From assembly GCF_044704955.1 (NCBI RefSeq), contig NC_091993.1:73346001-73410000 (forward strand): a stretch of 64,000 nucleotides of DNA. Reading direction: 5' to 3'. Source of the stretch: Pristiophorus japonicus. Taxonomy: Eukaryota. Positions 38,989 to 51,373 of this stretch are shown in pieces. How positions within the stretch are numbered: the stretch's first letter is position 1; each line of letters begins with the position of its first letter. The notes beneath the pieces were generated by a model. The model was not told where the DNA came from. It saw nothing but the letters and a program-made list of their open reading frames with translations, and made no database searches. Made by a program: the position numbers and the translations under genes.

Positions 38989-40139
38989 TATGTTCCTCAA
39001 GCAAGCTAAGCAGCCAATCACATTGAAGAATTCGCACAGATAGAAAACCAAGAAGTAAAAAGCACTGATTATCCTTAACTTTTTAATAATTTTACAGAGA
39101 GCGAAATAAAGATTGGGACATACACATGGAATTAAGGTAGAAACTGAAATTTCATAAACAAAACTTTAAAAAATATATGTATTATTTTAAAAATCTATGG
39201 GAATTTTTTATCATAATGGAGAAATTTGACTTTCCATAAATATAACATTAGATTTTCAGGGCCAGAGAGGTTATTCCACAGTATTTATGACTCACTTCAC
39301 CGTTAAAAACCCAGGTATACCTCGTTCAACAAGGCCTAACTTTTTCAGGGGTTCTTACTGCAAGATTAGAGTATAAAAAGTGGAAGTTCACTTCAATTCG
39401 AGTGATTGGTAAGATTTTCATCTGCGAGGACTTCAACAGCGCTCCATGTGGGAGAGCGAGGAATCACGGACAGTAACTTCTGCAATTCTGCGTTTAGCTG
39501 CACATTTGCGGATGCCAGGTTGATGTCAGTTTCTCAGAGCAAATGATGGCAAGCGCTGACAGTTTCACTGTCATAACAACTGCAAATTCCGGGCCAATGA
39601 ATGGCGCCAGGATTAATTGCAAGTCCCTGCTGATTTGACCGATATCAAGTGGAGCAGCAGCTCAGGCTTTATATTTGGCCCTGGGAGGGGGGGAAATCAG
39701 CCAAGATTCCTGTTGCTGGTCACAGCCAAGTGACTCCTGCTGGAAACGGTGTATGTGTGGGTGTTGGGCGGAGACAAGATGAGGCTCAGCTGTGATGCCT
39801 TCCATGGTCGAATAACCTGCTGTCGCTCACTGCCCGGGCTTGCACATGAGTAATGGTCATCTCAGTGAGGTACTGAAGGGCTGCTGCCACTTGTGGAATT
39901 GCACAACTGCATGAGTCAACATTCTCAGAAGAATATTGGGGAAACGGGAATTTGCCTGGTAATAAAATCAGAGATTGCTTAAAAATTCTAAAACCCCTTG
40001 TCAATCATAACAAGTTGAAATCAATCCATTCATTTCAACAGCTTATATGTAGCAGCATATTAATGGGATAAGCATTTGTCTAACAGAGTGTTGGTATTAA
40101 TCTGCATGAATCCTGAAGTTTCCTCCTAAATAAGCTGAA

Positions 40140-40324
40140 TTTCCTCCTTAAACCTACATACCTTTCTCTTCTCCTTTTAAGATGCTCCTTAAAACCAAGC
40201 TTTCGGTCACCAATCCTAATGTCCCCTTCTTTGGCTCGGTGTCAAATTTTGTGATAACTCACCGGTGAAGCAACATAGGACGTTTCACTATGTTAAAGGT
40301 GCTATATAAATGCAAGTTGTTGTT
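40140..40324 (+). mobile_element. L2 LINE 3' end
   Basis: CTCCTTAAAACC...GTGAAGCA...AAAGGTGCTATATAAATGCAAG(TTG)n; matches 50075-50227. Confidence 0.7.
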
Positions 40325-41316
40325 CTGCAGGGTTCTCCTGATCGCCTCCTGTAGCGTTAGTGAGACAGTAGCGGAACCCATGGGGACCTGCATCAAGCTG
40401 CCGTTTACGTTGTTTCTCCAGGGTTTCCATCGCCCGCCCACCAGAGAAACCCCCCGCACCCCCAGAGAGTCCAGGCACACGTGGGCTCCAGAACACTCAT
40501 TCAGAATGCAAGAAGAACGGACCAAATCGCCTGTTAGTCCTTTGTCCTCAGGTTCGACCCTTTAATATATGAGTGTAATTTCTCACTCTCATCTTTGTGT
40601 AAAACGATTAAATGCAGAAAGTATGAGGTTTTAGAAAAGCAGTGTTAAAATAAGTATGTTGTTATAAATGGTTAGGGAAAGAAAGAAAGTAATAAAGAAA
40701 AACAGCATTGTATTTATATAGAACCTTACATAACCTCAGGACTTCCCAAAGCACTTTATAACCAGCTAAGCACTTTCAAAATGTAATCACTGCTGTAATG
40801 CAATCTAGTGATAGGCTGAGTATGTTACAGCCCTTCCTTTACATTGTACTCTGGGATTCCAGTGTCCAAGGGGTAAATCAGGGTGTATAAATCTGCCACT
40901 GGTCTATAGAAATGGGTTAACAGCATAAATTGCTCACGGATACTGATCTCTAGAATCCATATTAAAAGGAGACGAATGTGAAAGAGCTTTGAATGAATAG
41001 TACAGTGCTAAAAATTTACATGAAATCTGAAGTTGCATCCAATGAATGTTGCATATGGATGGGAATAGTTTAAGAACAAAAGAAAGACTTAGATTTATAT
41101 AGCACCTTTTACGACCACCGGATATCTCAAAGTGCTTTACAGCCAATGAAGTACTTTTGGAATGTAGTCACTGTTGTAATGTAGGAAAATGAGTTTAATA
41201 AAATTTGCATACTTTAGATGAGAAAGCCTTACATTTGCTTTGCAACAGCTTGGTTGATGGCCCTGTGGATGGAACGTATGAATGCTGTCTTTCTTTTAAT
41301 GGCAACAGCTAAAGTA

Positions 41317-44300
41317 CCCTGGTGCAAGGGTCAAGGATGTCTAGGCGTGTGTGCAGGACATTGTGAAGAGGGAGGGTGAACAGCCAGTTGTCGTGGTGCA
41401 TATAGGTACCAACGATATAGGTAAAAAATGGGATGAGGGCCTACAATACGAATTTAGGGAACTATGAGCTAAATTAAAAAGTCGGACCTCAAAAGTAGTA
41501 ATCTCAGGATTGCTACCAGTGCCACGTGCTAGTCAGAGTAGGAATCGCAGGATAGCTCAGATGAATACGTGGCTTGAGGAGTGGTGCAGAAGGGAGGGAT
41601 TCAAATTCCTGGGACATTGGAACCGGTTCTGGGGGAGATGGGACCAGTACAAACCAGACAGTCTGCACCTGGGCAGGACCGGAATCAATGTCCTAGGGGG
41701 AGTGTTTGCTAGTGCTGTTGGGGAGGTGTTAAACTAATATGGCAGGGGGATGGGAACCTATGCAGGGAGACAGAGGGAAGTAGAATGGGGACAGAAGCAA
41801 AAGATAGAAAGAAGAAAAGTAAAAGTGGAGGGCAGAGAAACCCAAGGCAAAAAGCAAAAATGGCCAAATTACAGCAACATTCTAAAGGGGCAAAGTGTGT
41901 TAAAAAGACAAGCCTGAAGGCTCTGTGCCTCAATGCAAGGAGTATTCAGAATAAGGTAGACAAATTAATTGCGCAGGTAGCAGTTAACGGATATGATGTA
42001 ATTGGCATCACGGAGACATGGATCCGGGTGACCAAGGCTGAGAACTCAACATCCAGGGGTATTCAACATTTAAGAAGGATAGACAAAAAAGAAAAGGAGG
42101 TGGGGTGGCGTTGCTGGTTAAAGAGGAAATTAATGCAATAGTAAGGAAGGACATTAGCTTGGATGATGTGGAATCGGTACAGAATACCAAAGGGCAGAAA
42201 ATGCTAGTGGAAGTTGTGTACAGACCACCAAAAAGTAGTAGTGAGGTTGGGGACAGCATCAAACAATAAATAAGGGATGCGTGCAATAAAGGTATAGCAG
42301 TTATCATGGGTGACTTGAATCTACATATTGATTGGGCTAACCAAACTGGTAGCAATGTGGTGGAGGAGGATTTCCTGGAATGTATTAGGGATGGTTTTCT
42401 AGACCAATATGTCGAGGAACCAATCAGGGAGCTGGCCATCCTAGACTGGGTGATGTGTAATGAGAAAGGACTAATTAGCAATCTTGTTGTGCAAGGCCCC
42501 TTGGGGAAGAGTGACCATAATATGGTAGAATTCTTTATTAAGATGGAGAGTGACACAGTTAATTCAGAGACTAGGGTCCTGAACTTAAGGAAAGGTAACT
42601 TCGATGGTATGAGACGTGAATTGGCTAGAATAGACTAGCGAGTGATACTTAAAGGGTTGACGGTGGATAGGCAATGGCAAATGTTTAAGGATCACATGGA
42701 TGAACTTCAATAATTGTCCATCCCTGTCTGGAGTAAAAATAAAACGGAGAAGGTGGCTCAACCGTGGCTAACAAGGGAAATTAAGGATAGTGTTAAATCC
42801 AAGGAAGAGGCACATAAATTTGCCAGAAAAAGCAGAAAACCTGATGACTGGGAGAATTTTGGAATACAGCAGAGGAGGACAAAGGGTTTAATAAGGAGAG
42901 GGAAAATACAATATGAGAGGAAGTTTGCTGGGAACATAAAAACTGACTGCACAAGCTTCTATAGATATGTGAAAAGAAAAAGATTAGTGAAAACAAACAT
43001 AGGTCCCTTGCAGTCAGATTCAGGTGAATTTATAATGTGGAACAAAGAAATGGCGGACCAGTTAAACAAGTACTTTGGTTCTGTCTTCACGAAGGAAGAC
43101 ACAAATAACCTTCCGGAAATACTAGGGGACCGAGGGTCTAGTGAGAAGGAGGAACTGAAGGAAATCCTTATTAGGCGGGAAATTGTGTTAGGGAAATTGA
43201 TGGGATTGAAGGCCGATAAATCCCTGGGGCCTGGTAGTCTGCATCCCAGAGTACTTAACGAAGTAGCCCTAGAAATAGTGGATGCATTGGTGATCATTTT
43301 CCATCAGGCTATCGACTGGATCGGTTCCTATGGACTCGGGGGTAGCTAATGTAACACCACTTTTAAGAAAGGAGAGAGAGAGAAAACGGGTAATTATAGA
43401 CCGATTAGCCTGGCATCAGTAGTGGGGAAAATGTTGGAATCAATTATTAAAGATGAAATAGCAGCGCATTTGGAAAGCAGTGACAGGATCGGTCCAAGTC
43501 AGCTTGGATTTATGAAAGGGAAGCCATGCTTGACAAATCTTCTAGAATTTTTTGAGGATGTAACTAGTAGAGTGGACAAGGGAGAACCAGTGCATGTGGT
43601 GTATTTGGACTTTCAAAAGGCTTTTGACAAGGTCCCACACAAGAGATTGGTGTGAAAAATCAAAGCACATGGTATTGGGGGTAATGTACTGACATGGATG
43701 GAGAACTGGTTGGCAGACAGGAAGCAGAGAGTCGGGATAAACGGGTCCTTTTCAGAATGGCAGGCAGTGACTAGTGGGGTGTCGCAGGGTTCAGTGCTCG
43801 GACCCCAGCTCTTTACAATATACATCAATGATTTGGATGAAGGAATTGAGTGTAATATCTCCAAGTTTGCAGATGACACTAAGCTGGGTGGCAGTGTGAG
43901 CTGTGAGGAGGATGCTAAAAGGCTGCAGGGTAACTTGGACAGGTTAGGTGAGTGGGCAAACGCATGGCAGATGCAATATAATGTGGATAAATGTGAGGCT
44001 ATCCACTTTGGTGGTAAAAACACGAAGGCGGAATATTATCTGAATCGCAGCAGATTATGAAAAGTGGAGGTGCAGCGAGACCTGGGTGGCATGGTACATC
44101 AGTCATTGAAAGTTGGCATGCAGATTCAGCAGGCGGTGAAGAAGGCAAATGGTATGTTGGTCTTCATAGCTAGGGGATTTGAGTATTAGAGCAGGGAAGT
44201 CTTATTCCAGTTGTACAGAGCCTTAGTGAGGCCTCACCTGGAATATTTTGTTCAGTTTTGGTCTCCTAATCTGAGGAAGGATGTTCTTGCTATTGAGGGA

Positions 44301-44798
44301 GTGCAGTGAAGGTTCACCAGACTGATTCCCGGGATGGCAGGACTGACATATGAGGAGAGACTGGATCGACTGGGCCTGTATTCACTGGAGTTTAGAAGGA
44401 TGAGAGGGGATCTCATAGAAACATATAAAATTCTGATGGGACTGGACAGGTTAGATGCAGGAAGAATGTTCCCGATGTTGGGGAAGTCCAGAACCAGGGG
44501 ACATAGTCTAAGGATAAGGGGTAAGCCATTTAGGACTGAGATGAGGAGAAACTTCTTCACTCAGAGAGTTGTTAACCTGTGGAATTCTCTACCGCAGAGA
44601 GTTGTTGATGCCAGTTCATTGGATATATTCAAAGGGGGGGGTTAAGATATGGTCCTTATGGCTAAAGGGATCAAGGGGTATGGAGAGAAAGCAGGAAAGG
44701 GGTACTGAGGTGAATGATCAGCCATGATATTGAATGGTGGTGCAGGCTCGAAGGGCCGAAAGGCCTACTCTTGCACCTATTTTCTATGTTTCTATGTT
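41317..44798 (+). mobile_element. Near full-length CR1 LINE (ORF1 SGNH esterase 3' part, ORF2 APE-RT), inactivated
   Basis: ORF1: VVHIGTND, D.LHL. ORF2: CLNARSI, ITETW, MGDLN, SDHN, VYLDFQKAFDKVPH, QGSVLGP, KFADD. (TTTCTATG)n tail. Multiple stops and frameshifts. Confidence 0.95.
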
Positions 44799-45344
44799 TA
44801 CGGGTTCATATCACGCAGGGGTACTTAATCTATTGTACTAATGTGGCTTAATGCCTGTAAAAGTGGGAACTCAGAATATAACTCAGTTAGGCAGTTAAAA
44901 AGCATTGGGTCACACTGGATTCACATCTCTTCGTGGGAGAGGGGAGGGGGTGGAGGTCATAGGTTCAAGTAAAAGCAAGGGCTGACATTCCAACCTGCCA
45001 GACAGGCTGGAGTAGAATTTGTCAGTTCTAAGAATCGGTGCCATTTCCTGGAGACTGATGCTGTTAGATCAGACACAATAAGAATAAAATATTAATGATG
45101 TCTTTCAACTGATGTAAAGAGCAAAGCTAAAAGCCACATTTCTTCACTAAACTTTTTTACTCCAATGAAATTTTGTGACTTTACCAATTGGATATTGAGT
45201 GTACAATTGATAAACGGTGTCATCAACAATAGAATCTTTTGCCAATCGTACCCTAATTAACTCCTTACACTCTGGTGCTATGAAATAGCCTCTAATTTAT
45301 ACTCTGCTCTTCCTCCTCATTTCTTTTCAAATTCTTCAGAAGAA

Positions 45345-45920
45345 CATAATATATAAGAGCTGGAGTAGGTCATGCATCCCTCGGAGCTTGCTCTGCCATT
45401 CAATAAGATAATCTATCTTGTCTCCACTTTTCCGCACTAGCCCCATATCCCTTGAGTCCCTTAGTATCCAAATAGCTATCGATCTTTGTCTTGAATATAC
45501 TCAATGACTGAGAATCTACAGTCCTCTGGAGTAGAGAATTCCATTCATTCACAACTCTTTTAAATACCGCCGATTTGCCAATTGAATTCAATCATGTGCC
45601 CCCTTGTTAAAGAGGCAGAACCACTAACCTTTAACTTAACAAAAAAATTTTTAAAGGAACCTTAATAAATCAAATTAAGATGTTGTTCCTGTTGTGATGA
45701 TGCACTCCAGTCCATCCAGTGCCCACCAGTCACGGAAGGCCTCGAGCGTGCCGGTGGACACCGTGTGCTCCATTTCCAGGGCCTGCCTCTCTTCCAGGGC
45801 GCGAACATAACCGTAGAAGAGAGGCAGGCAGTCGGGCCGAACGACCTCCATCCATTGATTCACAACCCTTTGAGTGAAAAAATGTCTCCCCATTTCAGTC
45901 CTAAATGGCCAACCCCTTAA
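45345..45920 (-). mobile_element. CR1 3' fragment interrupted by a Tx1 insertion
   Basis: FFTQRVVN (ORF 45675..45893) continues as RVVNEWNSL (ORF 45400..45591). Confidence 0.75.
45555..45850 (-). mobile_element. Tx1/L1-clade LINE 3' fragment
   Basis: PDCLPLF...LEMEH.VSTGTL homologous to the 46165 copy. 15-bp TSD TCCATT(C/G)ATTCACAA. Confidence 0.8.
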
Positions 45921-46164
45921 ATATGTGTTAAAGTTAAAGTACCTTCAGGTGATGCACAGTAAAGTCACAGACTTGTAATTCCCACATTTATAGCCTCACA
46001 GATGAATTTGTGTACATCTATGAGAAGCCTAACTGGCACAGGTGCTATCACTTTCTTCTCTGGGTCCTGATTTCCTTGCTATGTGTATGTCAAAGGCAAC
46101 TTGTCATGTGCCAATTAAATGATTGCAATATGTTTGTGTGGTGCGAACCTTTAAAGTGGTTGGT

Positions 46165-46795
46165 CGCCTGCAATTTCTGCGGTCTGGAGGAGTCCGTGTT
46201 CCATGTTTTTATTGAGTGCACGAGGTTGCAGCCCCTGTTCCATTATTTGAAGGGGCTGCTCCTGAAATTCTGGCTGCACTTCAGTCCCACTCTCCTGATC
46301 TTTGGGCACCCTGTGCGGAGGGGAGCGGGTAGGTCCGAAGGCTTCCTCGTAGGACTGCTCCTGGGCACGGCCAAGGGTGCCATCAGCCGGTCCAGGCAGC
46401 GGGCGGTCGAGGGGGTCGTTCAACCTGACTGCCTGCCTCTCTTCCGCTCTTACATCCGGTCCAGGGTGTCCTTGGAGATGGAGCACGCGGTGTCCACCGG
46501 TACGCTCGCGGCCTTCCGCGAGAGGTGGGCACCGGAGGGACTGGAGTGCATCATCACGCCCGGCAACCAAATTTTAATTTGATTTTACGTTTTAAAGTTT
46601 AATTTGTTTTAATTGCCGGTGCTTTTAGTGTCCCCTTCCCTTTAATAGGGGGCACCGGAAAAAATTTGATTTTAGCGCCCCAAAAAAAAAACCAAAAAAA
46701 AGAAAAAAAAGGGGCCTTGTAAATGTCTGGTGTGTCACCCAGGTCGGGTGGCACCGTTTAATGTTTTTTGTTTTGCAGATGAACTCCAAAAAGAG
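46165..46795 (+). mobile_element. Tx1/L1-clade LINE 3' fragment
   Basis: CNFCGLEESVFHVFIEC (CCHC zf-RVT-like). Perfect 15-bp TSD TTTAAAGTGGTTGGT (46150-46164 / 46796-46810). Confidence 0.85.
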
Positions 46796-46972
46796 TTTAA
46801 AGTGGTTGGTGCCACTTTGAATCAAGCATGCCTCATCATGTCAATATAGTTTCCAATGATCCTATATGTTAATGTATTTAAAATGCACCCAGCACAGTGT
46901 CATAGTGACTGATAGTGAAGGGGGGCAGGAAGCAGCACTTGGAGAGCACACCTCAGGAAACTGTCAGCATGC

Positions 46973-47426
46973 AAAAGAAGGACTTACATTTATATAGCGC
47001 CTTTCACGACCACCGGACATCTCAAAGCATTTTACAGCCAATGAAGTACGTTTGGAGTGTAGTCACTGTTGTAATGTGGGAAACGCTGCAGCCAATTTCA
47101 TCCCACAAACAGCAATGTGATAATGACCAGATAATCTGTTTTTGTGACATTGATTGAGAGATAAATATTGGCCAGGACACCGGGGATAGCTCCCCTGCTC
47201 TTCTTCGAAATAGTGCCATGAAATCTTTTACGTCCACCTGAGAGGGCAGACGGGGCCTCAGTTTAACGTCTCATCTGAAAGACGGCACCTCCGACAATGC
47301 AGCACTCCCTCAGCACTGAACTGGGAGTGTCAACCTAGATTTGTGCATTTAAGTTCCTGGATTGAGACTTGAGCCCACAACTTTCATGATTCAGAGGTGG
47401 ATGTGTTACCCACTGAACCACAGCTG
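46973..47426 (-). mobile_element. Near full-length Deu-domain SINE
   Basis: Reverse-complement match to 38527-38988. Confidence 0.85.
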
Positions 47427-47929
47427 CTGCAGTCTGTGATGTTTTTGTTTAAATGGATCAAGTTCCCAAGATGTGATCCTTGTCAGTGCTGCTTGCCAAT
47501 GGGAGTGCCGAATCGCAGAAGAGCATTGGTGCAATGGTACAGCCTTGCTTCACCCCGGTTCGTACATGAATTGGGTCTGTGGTGGATCCATTGGTCAGGA
47601 TCACGGTTTGCATGTTATCATGTGGTTGTCAACTAGTTGCTGGATCTCCTGCGCTTTCACAAACCAGCATCTGTTCTTTATTTGGGAAATTTTTTTTGGA
47701 CCTCGACTCTGAGGGACTGCCTACGATAATGATGAATCTCAGAATCACATTTGTACATCCCATTAGTATGACTTTAAGCACATTTATATTTATCCACACA
47801 GATAAAACTATGCTGAAATATCATGGGAACAATTTAATATTACTCCCAATTCAAAAATCTGCAATACCAGATTGGATTTCTAAAAAAAAAAAGATCCATC
47901 CCTTTCTATTGTCTTAATTATTGTCGCAC

Positions 47930-50227
47930 CAAGTCCCGCTCACCCATTAACCCTCTACTCGCTGACCTACATTGGTAACCCAGTTAAGCAACGTTTCAAT
48001 TTCAAAATTCTCATCCTGATTTTCAAACTCTCCATGGCCTTGCCCCTTCCTATCTCTGTAATCTCCTCCAGTCCCACAACCCCCCGAGATATCTGCGCTC
48101 CTCTAATTCTGCCCTTCTGAGCATCCCTGATTAGAAACATAGAAAATAGGTGCAGGAGCAGGCCATTCGGCCCATCGAGCCTGCACCGCCATTCAATATG
48201 ATCATGGCTGATCATGCAACCTCAGTACCCCACCCTTGCCTTCTCTCCATACCCCCTGATCCCTTTAGCCATAAGGGTCACATCTAACTCCCTTTTGAAT
48301 ATGTCCAATGAACTGGACTCAACAACTTTCTGTGGCAGAGAATTCCACAGGTTCACAACTCTCTGGGTGAAAACGTTTCTCCTCAACTCGGTCCTATATC
48401 GCTTACCCCTTATCTTTAGACTGTGACCCCTGGTTCTGGACTTCCTGAACATTGGGAACATTCTTCCTGCATCTAACCTGTCCATTCCTGTCAGAATTTT
48501 ATAAGTTTCTATGTGATCCCCTCTCATTCTTCTAAATTCCAGCGAGTATAAGCCTAGCCGATCCAGTCTTTCCTCATATGTCAGTCCTGCCATTCCGGGA
48601 ATCAGTCTGGTGAACCTTCGCTGCACTCCCTCAATAGCAAGCACGTCCTTCCTCAGATTAGGAGACCAAAACTGCACACAATACTCAAGGTGTGGTCTCA
48701 CCAAGGCCCTGTACAACTGCAGTAAGACCTCCATGCTCCTATACTCAAATCCCCTCGCTATGAAGGGCAACATACCATTTGCTTTCTTTACTGCCTGCTG
48801 TACCTGCATGCCCACCTTCAATGACTGATGTACCATGACACCCAGGTCTCGTTGCACCTCCCCTTTTATTAATCTGTCACCTTTCAGATAATAATCTGCC
48901 TTCCTGTTTTTGCCACCAAAGTGGATAACCTCACATTTATCCACATTATACTGCATCTGCCATGCATTTGCCCATTTACCTTTTGAAAGTCCAAATATAC
49001 CACATCCACTGGTTCTCCCTTATCCACTCTACTAGTTAAATCCTCAAAAAACTCTGTAAGATTTGTCAAGCATGATTTCCCTTTCATAAATCCATGCTGA
49101 CTTGGACCAATCCTGTCACTGCTTTCTAAATGCCCTGCTATTAAATCTTTAATAATTGAATCCAGCATTTTCCCCACTACCGATGTCAGGCTAACCGGTC
49201 TATAATTCCCTGTTTTCTCTCTCCCACCTTTTTTAAAAAGTAGGGTTACATTAGCTACCCTCCAACCCATAGGAACTGTATCAGAGTCCATGGAATGTTG
49301 GAAATTGACCACCAATGCATCTACTATTTCTAGGGCCACTTCCTTAAGTACTCTGGGATGCAGACTATCAGGCCCTGGGGATTTATCGGCCTTCAGTCCC
49401 TTCAATTTCCCTAACACCATTTCCTGACTAATGAGGATTTCCCTCAGTTCCCCCTTCTCGCTAGACCCTCGGTCCCCTAGTATTATCGGGAGGTTATTCG
49501 TGTCTTCCTTAGTGAAGACAGAACCAAAGTATTTGTTTAGTTGGTCTGCCATTTCCTTGTTCCCCATTATGAATTCACCTGATTCTGACTACAAGGGACC
49601 TACATTAGTCTTCACTAATCGTTTTCTCTTCACGTATCTATGGTTAGCCACGGTTGAGCCACTTTCCCTTTTTTATTCTTACGCCACATAGGGATGTACA
49701 ATTGTTGTAGTTCATCCATGTGATATTTAAATGTCTGCCATTGCCTATCCACCGTCAACCCTTTAAGTATCATTCTCCAGTCTGTCCTAGCCAATTCACG
49801 TCTCATACCATCGAAGTTTCCTTTCTTTAAGTTCAGGACCCTAGTCTCTGAATTAACTGTGTCACTCTCCAGCTTAATGAAGAATTCTACCATATTATGG
49901 TCACTCTTCCCTAAGGGACCCCGCACGACCAGATTGCTAATTAATCCTCTCTCGTTACACAAGATTTTAAGCGCTGAACCATTGATGGCCGTGCCTTCTA
50001 TTGCCTAGGCCCCAAGCCCTGGAAGTCCCTGCCCAAACCTCTCCGCCTCTCTACCTCTCTTTCCTCCTTTGAGATGCTCCTTAAAACCTACCTCTTTGAC
50101 TCTCACATGCGCCAATTTCTACTTATGCAGCTCGGTGCTAAATTTTTAATTACATAATACTCCTGTGAAGCACCTTGGACTGTTTCACTGAGCTAAAGGC
50201 GCTATATAAATACAAGTTGTTGTTGTT
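47930..50227 (+). mobile_element. L2 LINE 3' fragment (47930-48132 and 49963-50227) split by a CR1
   Basis: PI.P.L.DLHW, FKILIL.FK, LAP.YL, P..W.SLP motifs and (TTG)n tail. GATT is duplicated around the insert. Confidence 0.8.
48133..49962 (-). mobile_element. 5'-truncated CR1 with two internal deletions
   Basis: ORFs 48222..48956, 48884..49567 and 49630..49962 are highly similar to 41317-44798. Confidence 0.92.
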
Positions 50228-51373
50228 AACTGCAATTTTAATAATGTGTCAGTCTATTTAAGATGTGTTCCATTCTATGGATCGTGAGCTTAACATTCTG
50301 TGGATCTAGTAGACATAGTAATAATCCCCAGGAGTACAATATTGCAATCAGTATTAAGTAACATTACCCGACACAAATGACCCGGACATAAGGGTTTCAT
50401 TTTTTTTAAACTTTGTGCCAATCTGCCTTCTCCATTCATTCACTTGAGCTGGGATGATTAGTTCTATAAGCCTTTAATATAAGAGTGGAAAACGTTGGGA
50501 ATGCACAGCAGATTGATGTAGCGTCTGAAAGAGAAAAGATAGGTTAACACCACCGGCCTGACCCTCTATCAGAAATGGTTGTCATCTTTCTCCATTGGAC
50601 ACTGATCCACCCGCTGTGCATTTTCTGTCTTTTTCAGATGTTCAGTTTTTCTTCCTCTGTTGCTCATTTAGTTCACATTGTAGATAAGGGGAAGGAAACT
50701 CATTATTATCACATTTTTTCCAGCAAACTAACTTTTAAAATGTTTTTTTAGACTTTTAAGCTTCGTTTTCATCAGATTGTGCTTCCAATGTGTTTCTATT
50801 TAAGTTTGACTGACTGATTTTATTTTTACAGGCCAAGTGCTTTTTTTAGATAACAAATTGCACACATGCAGCTTATCATTTTCTTAACACGCTGATTGCA
50901 TATAGTCACAGAACGAGACCCAAATGCACAGTGGGACACAGATGTTTAACTAAATACTTCGAGGATGGTGAGTGTGAGGTGATACATGCCCGTGATTGGA
51001 CTCTACAGTCTTAAACAAAGTAAAACTTGAAGGAAAAAGGACTTAACCAGAGGATTGCAATCAAAAAGGAAACAGTTTCACCCTCCCTAAAATACAGCCA
51101 TGCTCCAAAGCAGAGAAAGTTGCAAGGAGTTTGCCAATGTGTAGGCAAAATTAATGGCCCAGAAATTGCAGTCGGAGGCTTCCCGTGGGCAGATGCCTCC
51201 GACCGCAATAATTTATTCGAAATACCTGGTGGTCCCTGAGGTTCGGCAACTTGCAATCCTGGGGCTCTACACGAAGGCCAGCGTAGGGGCCCACATATCC
51301 CAGGATCGTATGGGTTTCTTACGGATCTTTGGGATCACGTGTGCCGGCCCAACCTATCAGAGTAGGGGGATAC

